From Acidimicrobiales bacterium (GTDB lineage: Bacteria > Actinomycetota > Acidimicrobiia > Acidimicrobiales > CADCTF01): a stretch of 64,000 nt of DNA. This document shows, piece by piece, positions 46,103 through 55,449 of the stretch. Location of the stretch: the NCBI GenBank assembly GCA_035540495.1, contig DATLGL010000064.1, positions 68,265 through 132,264 on the forward strand. The letters run 5' to 3'. Made by a program: the position numbers and the translations under genes. Under the pieces are notes generated by a model that did no database searches, was not told where the DNA came from, and saw nothing but the letters and a program-made list of their open reading frames with translations. Numbering within the stretch: position 1 is the first letter of the stretch; every line of letters begins with the position of its first letter.

Positions 46103-47372
46103 ATTCGTCTTCGAGCTCGAGCTTGTCGCCGCCGTCGACCGCTCGAAGGCGACCGGCGATCGCCCGCAGTTCCTCGATTGGGATCGTGCCGTAGATGCGT
46201 ACGTACCGACCGCCGTCGCGTGGCGCGCGCAACTCGACCCCCGCGCCGCTGAGAAGCAGCTCGGCTTCGCCGAACGGTGCCACCTCGATCTTCGGCGCCC
46301 CCGCTGTCGGCTGGAAGGCCTCACCGCCGCGCAGCGTGCCGCCCTGGTCGATGGCGACGATGTCGACCCCGCGACGCCACGCGTCGACGACGCCTGCGCG
46401 GCGGAACGACTCGCGCAGGGGGTCGTCGCCGAAGTTCTCCGGCTGCGGTGGGACGACGCTGAACCGGCCCAGGTACTCGAAGCCTTCCGGTGCTTCGTCG
46501 AGGACGAGGAACTCGCCCGGAGGCGTCGAGCCCGCTTTCACCCTGCGGACGAAGCCGCCGCCAGACGCCGCGGGCACCGGATCGCCGTCGACCGCGAACA
46601 GGTCATCCGCGAGCGTCGGGTCCTCGTCGACCTCCACCGCGACTCGTCGAGTGAGCACCTGCCCGTCGGCGGTGACGACCTCCTCGAGGACGAGGCCGGC
46701 CTCGTCGACGCAGGTGTCGGCGTGGTCGGTGTCGGTCGGGGGCTCGACCACAGCGGCGAGGGTCTGGCGCGACCGGTAGATCTGGCACAGACGATCGGCG
46801 ACCCGTCGCACCTCGCGGCGCTCGACGAGGCCACGTTCCACGGCCTCGGGCAGCGCGACCTCGAGTCGAAGGTCGGTCGGCGGCAGCGCAGGCGCCACCT
46901 GCAGCACGCTCGGTGCGCCCGAGCTCTCCGTCGACGTGAGCAGGTAGGTGCCGATCCGCGACGAGAACGTCTCGCCGCCCGGGGGCGCGCCTTCCTTCGT
47001 GTCGAGGCGGCTGTCGAACGGGCGCTTCGAGCTCACGACGTCGGTGAGGACGCTGATCTCCCGTCCCGCGGTCTCGACCCGGTAGACGATCCGCGCGGAA
47101 GCGGGCGTGCGCACGATGTCGACGGCGTCCGCTCCGTCGACGACCGTCGACCCCCGACGTCCGATCGACGCGAGCTCCTGCGTGCCGTCGTCACCGGCGC
47201 CGTCGTCGCCGCTCGTCGCGACGAGCACGGCCGTCGCTCCTCCGACGACGACCACGCTGGTGGCGATGGCGACGACGAGCGGCCGCTTCGCCCGCTTCTG
47301 TCGCCTCGCGCGCCGGCGCCGGGCCCGCTCCGCCTCGATGCGGGCGCGCCGGCGCTCGTCGCGGTCACTCAT
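46101..47372 (-). CDS. membrane-anchored hypothetical protein (423 aa)
   Basis: Arg-rich N-terminus, one TM span (LVVAIATSVVVVGGATAVLVA) and a large C-terminal domain. It lies 27 nt downstream of the esterase gene. No motif recognised. Confidence 0.6.
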   Translation of the reverse strand: MSDRDERRRARIEAERARRRRARRQKRAKRPLVVAIATSVVVVGGATAVLVATSGDDGAGDDGTQELASIGRRGSTVVDGADAVDIVRTPASARIVYRVETAGREISVLTDVVSSKRPFDSRLDTKEGAPPGGETFSSRIGTYLLTSTESSGAPSVLQVAPALPPTDLRLEVALPEAVERGLVERREVRRVADRLCQIYRSRQTLAAVVEPPTDTDHADTCVDEAGLVLEEVVTADGQVLTRRVAVEVDEDPTLADDLFAVDGDPVPAASGGGFVRRVKAGSTPPGEFLVLDEAPEGFEYLGRFSVVPPQPENFGDDPLRESFRRAGVVDAWRRGVDIVAIDQGGTLRGGEAFQPTAGAPKIEVAPFGEAELLLSGAGVELRAPRDGGRYVRIYGTIPIEELRAIAGRLRAVDGGDKLELEDE

Positions 47373-47399
47373 GATCGAACGTCCGTGGCGCCGGCAGGA

Positions 47400-48905
47400 T
47401 CAGGCGGACGACATGCGGCCGGTGACCCGGCCTTCCCACGCCCGGCGTTCCTGCTCCATCGGTGCGTCGACGACCTCGACCGTCTTGCCGAGACGCATCG
47501 TGGCCCGCCGCTCGCCGTCGTAGGCCGGCCAATCGCCCAACGCCTCCGACGACGGGTTCCCGGTGCGAGCGAACGCGATCCACGCGTCCATCATGGCGGC
47601 CGACAGCGCCTCGGCCTCGGCACCCTCACCGGCGAACATGTTCATCATCGGCTGGTCGAGGTTGCCGAACACGAACGGGATCTCGAGGGCGTGACACGAC
47701 CTCAGGAAGCCACCCGCGGCCGGCGACTCCCAGTCGAAGAGGTACTCGTACACCGGCGAACCCGTCGCCGCGTGGGCCTCCGCCATCCGCAGCGAGGGGA
47801 TGCGGAACATCCGATCGCTCTCGATCGCGACCCACAGCGAGAACGGGTCGGTCGGCAGCCCTTGGTCGGCGCGGGCCTTGGCGTAGGTCTCGATCAGGTC
47901 GTCGAGACCTTCCTCGCCGACTGTCGCCGCGAGCCGCCGGCGCGTGACCGCATCGTCGCCGGCGGTGAGCTTGCGGTCGCCCATGGCGAAGTACGTCATC
48001 TCGTCGCGGTTGGTGCCCACGAGGATCGGCACGCCGTGGTTCAGGCCGTCACGGATGGCGTCGAGCGCCTGCACCGGGAGCGTGGTGCCGTCGACCACCG
48101 GAGCCAGCGGCGTCGCCAGCCGGCCGAGACGCTCGACGATCTTCTCCTGCGCCTCGACCAGTTCCTCGAGCGGCGTGTCGCGGAGGTCGCGGACGTCGTC
48201 GACGCCGCACTCCTCGACGAGCGCGTTCACGAACTTCTCCGCGAACCGGATCGGGAACCCGCCAGGCCCGCCGCTCTCGGCGATGACCTTGTGGAAGAGC
48301 CCCTTGGCTGCCGGTGTGCCCAGCAGCGTGGCGACGCTGACCGACCCGGCCGACTCGCCGAACGCGGTCACGTTGTCGGGGTCGCCGCCGAAGGCGGCGA
48401 TGTTGTCCCTCACCCACTGCAGGGCAGCGATCTGGTCGAGAAGCCCCCAGTTGCCGCCGCCGAGGTGCTCGCTCGCGAGCCACCCGAGCAGGCCGAGGCG
48501 ATAGTTGATCGTCACGACGACGACGTCGCCCCGCTTGGCGAGGTTGGCGCCGTTGTACAGACCCATCGACCCAGAGCCGCTCTGGAACGCGCCGCCGTGG
48601 ATCCAGACCATCACGGGCCGCTTCTCCGAGTCGCCGGCGCCCGGCGTCCACACGTTGAGAGACAGGCAGTCTTCCGAGTGCGCGTGCGCGTCGCCCATCG
48701 CCACGCCGGTCATCTGCACGGGCTGGGGCGCGGTCGGACCGAACACCGTCGCATCACGTACCCCGTCCCACGCGTCCGGCGGCTGCGGCGCCCGCCACCG
48801 CAGGTCGCCGAGGGGCGGCGCGGCGAACGGGATGCCGCGGAACACCGCGACGCCCTTGTCGTCCGCTCCCTGCACCTTGCCGTAGGTCGTCTCCACGATG
48901 GTCAT
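47400..48905 (-). CDS. type-B carboxylesterase (PnbA-like)
   Basis: FRGIPFAAPP.G..RW, VMVWIHGGAF, FGESAGS nucleophile elbow. ATGA overlap with the upstream gene. Confidence 0.9.
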   Translation of the reverse strand: MTIVETTYGKVQGADDKGVAVFRGIPFAAPPLGDLRWRAPQPPDAWDGVRDATVFGPTAPQPVQMTGVAMGDAHAHSEDCLSLNVWTPGAGDSEKRPVMVWIHGGAFQSGSGSMGLYNGANLAKRGDVVVVTINYRLGLLGWLASEHLGGGNWGLLDQIAALQWVRDNIAAFGGDPDNVTAFGESAGSVSVATLLGTPAAKGLFHKVIAESGGPGGFPIRFAEKFVNALVEECGVDDVRDLRDTPLEELVEAQEKIVERLGRLATPLAPVVDGTTLPVQALDAIRDGLNHGVPILVGTNRDEMTYFAMGDRKLTAGDDAVTRRRLAATVGEEGLDDLIETYAKARADQGLPTDPFSLWVAIESDRMFRIPSLRMAEAHAATGSPVYEYLFDWESPAAGGFLRSCHALEIPFVFGNLDQPMMNMFAGEGAEAEALSAAMMDAWIAFARTGNPSSEALGDWPAYDGERRATMRLGKTVEVVDAPMEQERRAWEGRVTGRMSSA

Positions 48906-50359
48906 CCGTTGCCCCCTACCCGTTCTGCGCGAAGTCCCGAACGGCGCACCTTCCCGGCGTCGTCGCGGACCTGTCCTTCCACTCGTTCGAAGCTGCGCGG
49001 GATCTTGTACGACACGAGACGCTCCTTCAGGAACGCCCGCAGCTCGTCGTCGGTGACCTCACCTGCCTTCGGGTCGAGCTCGATCACGGCGTGGACCCGG
49101 TTGCCGAAGTCGTCGTCGGGGATCCCGATCACCGCGCACGAGGCGATGGCGGGATGTTCGTCGAGCGCGGCCTCGACCTCGGCCGGGTAGATGTTCGCGC
49201 CGCCGGCCAGGATCATGTCGGTGCGACGGTCGGCGAGGTAGAGGTAGCCGTCTTCGTCGATGTAGCCCATGTCGCCGAGCGACTCCCAGCCCTCGTCGTC
49301 GCGGCGGGCTTCGGCGCCGATGTACTGATAGGTCTTGCCGCCTTCGGGCGGCTTCATCCAGAGCTCGCCGATCTCGCCAGGCGGGCACTCCTCACCCGTG
49401 CCGGGATCGACGATCTTCATCCGCCCCGGCGTCGCCTTGCCCACCGTGCCGCGATGGGCCATCCACTCCTCGCCGCCGATGATCGTGACGCCCTGGGCCT
49501 CGGTGCCGGCGTAGAGCTCCCACACCTTGTCGGCACCGATCCACTCGATCCACGCCTCCTTGAGCCACGGCGGGCACGGCGCCGCGAGGTGGAGGATCCC
49601 TTTCAGCGAGTCGAGCGGGTACTGCTGCTTCACCTCCTCGGGGAGGCGGTGCATGCGGAGCATCATCGTCGGCACGAGGAGCATCCAGTCGACCTGGTGC
49701 TCGGCGACGAGCTGCACGGCGCGCAGCGCGTCGAACCGCGGCATCACGATGATGTGGTTGCCGGCGAAGAGCGCGCTCATGGAGAACATGAACGGCGCGT
49801 TGTGATACAGCGGCCCCGGCACGAGCTCGGTCCCGTTGTGCCCGGCGCCGAAGCCGCGCGGACCTTCGGGGTCGACTTCGCCCTTCTGGCCGCTGACGAT
49901 CAGCTTCGGGCGTCCGGTCGAGCCACCGCTCGTCGGCGCCTTGTACGACGGGGCGGTGCGGTCGGGCAGGATCGGCTCGTCGCTCGCGTCCTCGTCGGGC
50001 TCGATGACCTCGGTGACCACGAGGCTCGGCTTGGCGAGCTCGATGATCTCCTTGCGCTCCCGCTCGGGGAGCTTGTGGCTCACCGGCTGTGGTGTGGCGC
50101 CGAGCTTCCACGCCGCGATCGACGCCTCGTAGAAGTCGATGCCGTTCGGGAGCCCGATGGTGACGAAGCTTCCCTCCGTCACCCCGAGCCGTTCGTAGGT
50201 ACGGGCGAGGCGGTTCGTCCGCTTCTCGAGCTCCATCCGGGTGACGGTGCGCTCCTCGCGGATGTGCGCACCGTCGACCGGTACTTCGGTGATGGCGGGA
50301 CGGTCCGGCTGCTGTTCAGCGAGCCACCGGACCGCCGCGCCGATCGGTTGGATGGCCAC
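48902..50359 (-). CDS. AMP-forming acyl-CoA synthetase
   Basis: Start set to GTG 50359, sharing one base with the upstream TAG. PTSGGSTGRPK, YAGTE, GDMGYIDEDGYLYLADR. Confidence 0.85.
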   Translation of the reverse strand: MAIQPIGAAVRWLAEQQPDRPAITEVPVDGAHIREERTVTRMELEKRTNRLARTYERLGVTEGSFVTIGLPNGIDFYEASIAAWKLGATPQPVSHKLPERERKEIIELAKPSLVVTEVIEPDEDASDEPILPDRTAPSYKAPTSGGSTGRPKLIVSGQKGEVDPEGPRGFGAGHNGTELVPGPLYHNAPFMFSMSALFAGNHIIVMPRFDALRAVQLVAEHQVDWMLLVPTMMLRMHRLPEEVKQQYPLDSLKGILHLAAPCPPWLKEAWIEWIGADKVWELYAGTEAQGVTIIGGEEWMAHRGTVGKATPGRMKIVDPGTGEECPPGEIGELWMKPPEGGKTYQYIGAEARRDDEGWESLGDMGYIDEDGYLYLADRRTDMILAGGANIYPAEVEAALDEHPAIASCAVIGIPDDDFGNRVHAVIELDPKAGEVTDDELRAFLKERLVSYKIPRSFERVEGQVRDDAGKVRRSGLRAERVGGNG

Positions 50360-51222
50360 TAGGCGAAGGTGAACTTGCCCTGGTCGAGGACGACGTCGCC
50401 GTTCGGGTTGACCGTCTGGAACAGGGCGTCGTTGCCGTCGACCCACATGCGGACCGTCAGCGCCTCGCCGGGGAAGACCGGCTTGGAGAACCGGCCCTCC
50501 ATCATCTTGAAGTTCGCAGGGTCGGAGCCGCACAGCGTGTGGAGCAGCGCCCGCCCGGTGAAGCCCCACGTGCACAGGCCGTGGAGGATCGGCTTCGGGA
50601 AGCCGGCCATCTTGGCGAACTCGGGGTCGGAGTGGAGCGGGTTCCGGTCGCCCGACAGGCGATAGAGCAGCGCCTGGTCTTCACGCGTCTGGACGGTGAC
50701 CTCGTGGTCGGGCTTCGTCGACGGGAACTCGAGCTTCTCGCTCGGGCCCCGGTCGCCGCCGAAGCCGCCCTCACCGCGCAGGAAGACGTGCGACTTGAGG
50801 GAGAAGAGCGGCTCTTCGGTCTCGGCGTCGACCGACTCCGACTCGCTGAGCACGACCGCGCCGGAGCCCTTGTCGTAGACCGCGAGGGTGCGGCCGCGCG
50901 ACTTGAGCTTGCCCTCGGCCGGGATCTCCTTGTGGATCGTCAGCGTGCGGCCACCGTCGACCAGCAGCGCAGGGTTGAAGGTGCCGATGTTGCGCATGCC
51001 GCCGCCACCGCCGCCGAGGATGACGGCCATGGTCGGCAGCGCACGCTGCTTGACGTCCTTCGAGTTCTCGGTGGTGAACTCGAGCTCCTTGCCCGTCGGG
51101 TCCTCGGCGCCGGCGCCGACGCCGAGGGCGTAGAGCAGCGAGTCCTTCGACGTCCACGAGCGCTCGTGCCAGTCGCTCCAGTCGCTCGGGAGCTGGGCGA
51201 CGGCGTCCTTGTCGATGGGCAT
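50359..51222 (-). CDS. MaoC-like double hot-dog (R)-specific enoyl-CoA hydratase
   Basis: Start set to ATG 51222 (MPIDKDAV). MaoC signature YRLSGDRNPLHSDPEFA. The 287-aa length is like two-domain hydratase-2 proteins. Confidence 0.8.
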   Translation of the reverse strand: MPIDKDAVAQLPSDWSDWHERSWTSKDSLLYALGVGAGAEDPTGKELEFTTENSKDVKQRALPTMAVILGGGGGGMRNIGTFNPALLVDGGRTLTIHKEIPAEGKLKSRGRTLAVYDKGSGAVVLSESESVDAETEEPLFSLKSHVFLRGEGGFGGDRGPSEKLEFPSTKPDHEVTVQTREDQALLYRLSGDRNPLHSDPEFAKMAGFPKPILHGLCTWGFTGRALLHTLCGSDPANFKMMEGRFSKPVFPGEALTVRMWVDGNDALFQTVNPNGDVVLDQGKFTFA

Positions 51223-51236
51223 GTGTGACGGCCTCC

Positions 51237-52139
51237 CTACTGCATTCCGGTGATCGGGGCGGCCTCGGCGACGAGCTTCGGCACGACGTCGCCGAGCTCG
51301 GCCGGGTCCCAACGATCACCCTTGTCCTGACCGGGACCGGGGTTCCAACCCTCGGCCACCGCGATGCGTCCGCCGCTGACGAGGAACACACGACCGGTGA
51401 TGTCCTTCGACTGCTCGGAGCCGAGCCACACCACGAGGGGCGCGATGTTGTCGGGCGAGAACCGGTCGAACTCGTCGGGCTTGGTCTCGCGCGCACGCTG
51501 GCCCATGCCGAGGTTCTCGGTCATGCGGGTGAGCGCGGCGGGAGCGATGGCGTTCACCGTGACGCCGTAGCGGCCGAGCTCGCGGGCCGCGATGATCGTG
51601 AAGCTGGCGATGCCGGCCTTGGCCGCGCCGTAGTTGGTCTGCCCCGGGTTGCCGAAGATGCCGGACGTCGACGAGGTGTTGATGACGCGCACGTCGAGCT
51701 GCTCGCCCGCCTTGGCCTTGTCGCGCCAGTACGCCGCCGCCCAACGGGTCGGAGCGAACGTGCCCTTGAGGTGGACGTGGATGACCGCGTCCCACTCCTC
51801 CTCGGTCATGTTCACCAGCATGCGGTCGCGCAGGATGCCGGCGTTGTTGACGAGGACGTGCAGGTCGCCGAAGTTCTCGATCGCCGTGTTGATGAGGCGC
51901 TGCGCGCCCTCCCAGTCGGCGACGTTGTCGGCGTTGGCGACAGCCTCGCCGCCGAAGCCCTTGATCTCCTCGACGACCTGTTCGGCCGGCGAGAGGTCGG
52001 ACCCGGAACCGTCGACCGCACCGCCGAGGTCGTTCACGACGACCTTCGCGCCCTGGCGTGCGAACTCGATGGCATGGCCGCGTCCGATGCCGCGACCGGC
52101 CCCGGTGACGATGACGACGCGTCCGTCGCAGATTCCCAT
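51237..52139 (-). CDS. SDR-family oxidoreductase (3-hydroxyacyl-CoA dehydrogenase-like)
   Basis: Start set to ATG 52139 preceded by AGGAGA. TGAGRGIG, NNAG, YGAAK. Confidence 0.85.
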   Translation of the reverse strand: MGICDGRVVIVTGAGRGIGRGHAIEFARQGAKVVVNDLGGAVDGSGSDLSPAEQVVEEIKGFGGEAVANADNVADWEGAQRLINTAIENFGDLHVLVNNAGILRDRMLVNMTEEEWDAVIHVHLKGTFAPTRWAAAYWRDKAKAGEQLDVRVINTSSTSGIFGNPGQTNYGAAKAGIASFTIIAARELGRYGVTVNAIAPAALTRMTENLGMGQRARETKPDEFDRFSPDNIAPLVVWLGSEQSKDITGRVFLVSGGRIAVAEGWNPGPGQDKGDRWDPAELGDVVPKLVAEAAPITGMQ

Positions 52140-52162
52140 GTTGTTGTCTGTCTCCTGCTTCG

Positions 52163-53743
52163 TTAGGCGCTCTGCGACCGGTAGCGGTCGCGGAGCAGTC
52201 GCTTGTAGATCTTGCCGTTGTCCTGCCGGGGCAGGCTGTCGGTGAAGTCGATGCTGCGGGGGCACTTGTACGACGACAGGTGCTGGCGGCAGAACTCCAG
52301 CAGCTCCTTCGCCAGCTCCGGCGTCCCTTCCGTTCCGGGCTGGAGCTCGACGACCGCCTTGACCTCCTCGCCCCACTCCTCGTTGGGGATGCCGATCGTC
52401 GCCACGTCACCCACCGCGGGGTGCTGCAGCAGGACGGCGTCGACCTCGGCCGGGTAGATGTTCACGCCGCCGCTGATGATCAGGTTCGCGGTGCGATCGG
52501 TCAGGTACAGGTAGCCGTCGTCGTCCATGTAGCCGACGTCGCCGAGCGTGAAGTACTCGCCCCGGAAGCTGTTCGCGGTCTTCTCCGCGTCCTTGAAGTA
52601 CTCGAAGCGGGTGGCGGCGGGCGCCTTGATGTAGACGAGGCCGACCTCGTTGCGCGGAAGCTCGTTGCCGTCGTCGTCGCCGATCTTCACCTGGCCCTCG
52701 ACGGTCGGCTTCCCGACGGTGCCCGGACGCTCGAGCCAGGTCTTCGAATCGACGAAGGAGCCGACGCCCTCGGTGGCCGCGTAGTACTCCCACACGATCG
52801 GGCCGAGCCAGTCGATCAGCTTCTGCTTCACCGGGACCGGGCAGGGCGCGGCGCCATGCAAGATGTACCGGAGTGACGACGTGTCGTACTTGGCCCGCAC
52901 GTCCTCCGGCAGCGAGAGCAGCCGGTGGAACATCGTCGGGACCATGTGGGTGTGGGTCACCTTGTGCTCGGCGATGAGGCGAAGCGCCTCCTCCGCGTCC
53001 CACTTGTCCATCAGGACGACGCCGCAGCCGAACGACAGCGGCGCGCTGAGGCTGAAGGCGAGGGGCGCCGCGTGGTACAGCGGCCCGGTGCACAGGTGCA
53101 CGTCGTCGCCGAACTCCTGGTAGCCGTAGATGTTCACCGCACCCGACGCGGCGGCCGCGGCAGCGGCGCCGGTCGCGGGCGGGCGATACACACCCTTGGG
53201 GCGGCCGGTGGTGCCCGACGTGTAGAGCATCTGCGAACCGGGCGTCGGATCGTCGATCAGCTCCGCGGACTCGGCGGCGACCGCGTCGTCGTACGACTCG
53301 AAGCCGTCGATCGAACCGCCGATGGCGAGCTTCACGGTCGCCTTCGGCGACTGTGACGCGGCCCCGGTGGCCGTGTCGGCGAGGCGGCTGTCGGCGATGA
53401 GCGCCTTGGCCTCGCAGTCGTCGACGATGTACGCCGCTTCCTCGGCGGTGAGGTGCCAGTTGATGGCGGTGATGCGGAAGCCGGCCCGTGAGCACGCCGC
53501 GATGACCTCAGCGAACTCGGGCCGGTTCGTGCAGATCAGCGCCACGGCGTCGCCGTTGCCGAGTCCGCGCGTGCGGAGCGCACGGACGAGCTGGTTGGCT
53601 CGGGCGTCGAGCTCCGCGAACGTGCGGGTGCCGTAGTCGCTGATGATCGCCTGCTTGTCGGGCGTCTCCTCGGCCCAGAAGCGGAGCGTCAGCCCCTGGA
53701 GGGCGAGCTCACGCCGCCGGTCGGCCGTTGCCGTGTCGCTCAA
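52163..53743 (-). CDS. AMP-forming acyl-CoA synthetase
   Basis: YTSGTTGRPKGV, YAATEG, GDVGYMDDDGYLYLTDR, ISGGVNIYP. Confidence 0.9.
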   Translation of the reverse strand: MSDTATADRRRELALQGLTLRFWAEETPDKQAIISDYGTRTFAELDARANQLVRALRTRGLGNGDAVALICTNRPEFAEVIAACSRAGFRITAINWHLTAEEAAYIVDDCEAKALIADSRLADTATGAASQSPKATVKLAIGGSIDGFESYDDAVAAESAELIDDPTPGSQMLYTSGTTGRPKGVYRPPATGAAAAAAASGAVNIYGYQEFGDDVHLCTGPLYHAAPLAFSLSAPLSFGCGVVLMDKWDAEEALRLIAEHKVTHTHMVPTMFHRLLSLPEDVRAKYDTSSLRYILHGAAPCPVPVKQKLIDWLGPIVWEYYAATEGVGSFVDSKTWLERPGTVGKPTVEGQVKIGDDDGNELPRNEVGLVYIKAPAATRFEYFKDAEKTANSFRGEYFTLGDVGYMDDDGYLYLTDRTANLIISGGVNIYPAEVDAVLLQHPAVGDVATIGIPNEEWGEEVKAVVELQPGTEGTPELAKELLEFCRQHLSSYKCPRSIDFTDSLPRQDNGKIYKRLLRDRYRSQSA

Positions 53744-53746
53744 CGA

Positions 53747-54988
53747 TCAAGCCTCCTTCGGCGCACGCTTCTGCGCCTCTGCGTCGGGTTCTTTCGGCAG
53801 GCCGAGCACGCGCTCGCCCACGATGTTGCGCTGGACCTGGGCGGTGCCGCCCCAGATCGTCACCGACCGGGTCGACAAGAAGTTCGTCGTCCACTTGTCG
53901 GGCTCGTACTCGTCGCTCGGGTTCTTGCCGGGGATGATCATCGAGTCGGCGCCGCGGATGTTCATGATGATCTCGGCGAAGCGCTGGGCGTACTCCGACC
54001 AGAACATCTTGTTGATCGAGCTGGCCGGCCCCGGCTCCTTCTTCGCCACGACCTCGCTCAGGAGCTTGAGCCCCTGGAAGCGCATGATCTCGACGTGGCT
54101 GTAGGCCCAGGCGAGCTGCTGGCGGGTGAGCGGGTCCTTGTCTGCGCCGTACTTCTTCGCCAGCTCCACCGCTTCCCAGAACTGCTTCGTGTACTGGACG
54201 TGCTGGGTCGTCGCGTTGCCGCCGCGCTCGTTGCCGAGCGTGGTCATCGTGACCCGCCAGCCGTTGTGCAGGCCGCCGATGACGTTGAACAGCGGCGCAC
54301 GGGCCTCCGTGATGAACGTCTCGGTGAAATGCGCGGAACCCGTCGGCTGCTTGATCGGGCGGAGCTCGAAGCCGTTCGACGAACCGTCGTCCTTGAACAT
54401 CGGCGTCAGGACGTACGAGATGCCCTTGTGCTTCGGCGCATCAGGATCGGTGCGGCACAGGCAGAACATCATGTTGGCCGCCTGCGCGCCCGAGGTCCAC
54501 ACCTTCTGGCCCGTGATGACGACCTCGTCGCCGTCGACGATCCCCTTCGTCTTGAGACCCGCCAGGTCGGAGCCGGCGTCGGGCTCGGAGAAGCCCTGGC
54601 AGTAGCGGTCGGTGCCGTCGATGATCCGGGGCAGGAAGTGTGCCTTCTGCTCGTCGGTTCCCCACACGATGATCGAGGGCCCGACGAGCCACTCGCCCAT
54701 GCCGCGGGTCACGCGCGGGACGCCGGCTCGAGCGAACTCCTCGTTCATCACCGCGGTCTCGATGCCGGTGAGGCCGCGCCCGCCGAACTCCTTCGGCCAC
54801 GACACGCACAGGTAACCGGCTTCGTGGAGCTTGTCGGTCCACGCCTGCACGGCCGAGTTGTCGCCACCGAAGCTGGCGCGCTCGGCGTCCATGCCGACGA
54901 GCTCTTCGGGGGCGTTCGCCTCGAGCCACTGGCGCAGCTCGTCACGGAACTTCTGGGCCTGGGGCCCGAGATCGATCTCCATCGCCAT
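53747..54988 (-). CDS. acyl-CoA dehydrogenase
   Basis: Start set to ATG 54988 preceded by AGGAGGA. QGFSEPDAGSDLAGLKT, KVWTSGA, IWGGTAQVQRNIVGERVLGLP. Confidence 0.9.
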   Translation of the reverse strand: MAMEIDLGPQAQKFRDELRQWLEANAPEELVGMDAERASFGGDNSAVQAWTDKLHEAGYLCVSWPKEFGGRGLTGIETAVMNEEFARAGVPRVTRGMGEWLVGPSIIVWGTDEQKAHFLPRIIDGTDRYCQGFSEPDAGSDLAGLKTKGIVDGDEVVITGQKVWTSGAQAANMMFCLCRTDPDAPKHKGISYVLTPMFKDDGSSNGFELRPIKQPTGSAHFTETFITEARAPLFNVIGGLHNGWRVTMTTLGNERGGNATTQHVQYTKQFWEAVELAKKYGADKDPLTRQQLAWAYSHVEIMRFQGLKLLSEVVAKKEPGPASSINKMFWSEYAQRFAEIIMNIRGADSMIIPGKNPSDEYEPDKWTTNFLSTRSVTIWGGTAQVQRNIVGERVLGLPKEPDAEAQKRAPKEA

Positions 54989-55005
54989 GGTGTGGTGTCC
55001 TCCTG

Positions 55006-55449
55006 CTACTTGGCTGGTGCGAACTGCGGGAGCTTGCGGCCGTCGCTCAGGTCCTCCCAGGCGACGGTGACGGGCATGCCCACGCTCACCTGCTCCGGGT
55101 CGACGTCGATGACGTTCGACATCATCCGGATCCCCTCCTCGAGCTCGACGAGCGCGACGGTGTAAGGCACGCGGTCGGCCATGAACGGGTTCGCCGGCCG
55201 GTGCTGGACCGAGAAGGCGTACACGGTTCCCCTGCCCGAGGCCGGGCGCCACTCGAGCGAGTCGCTCGACAGGCACTGCGGGCACACCTCGCGTGGATAG
55301 AAGTGCGGGTGCTCGCAGGAAGCGCACCACTGGACGAGCAGGCGCTCCTCCTTGGTCGCCTCCCAGAAGGGCTCCGTCGTGTCGGTGACGGGCGGCTCGA
55401 GCCGGCGCGGCTTCGGGCGCTCGGTTGCGGTCGTTGCGGCGTCGCTCAC
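55006..55449 (-). CDS. DUF35-type OB-fold / zinc-ribbon protein
   Basis: GTG 55449 overlaps the upstream TGA (GTGA). Zinc ribbon C-A-S-C ... C-P-Q-C followed by an OB-fold-like segment (GTVYAFSV...VALVELEEG). Confidence 0.8.
   Translation of the reverse strand: MSDAATTATERPKPRRLEPPVTDTTEPFWEATKEERLLVQWCASCEHPHFYPREVCPQCLSSDSLEWRPASGRGTVYAFSVQHRPANPFMADRVPYTVALVELEEGIRMMSNVIDVDPEQVSVGMPVTVAWEDLSDGRKLPQFAPAK

Noticed and set aside
45429-49190. 1253-aa plus-strand ORF
   Set aside because: It runs out-of-frame through the end of the SBP gene and antisense through three well-supported minus-strand genes. Its composition is dominated by R/A/G/P/D/V. This is a typical high-GC shadow ORF.
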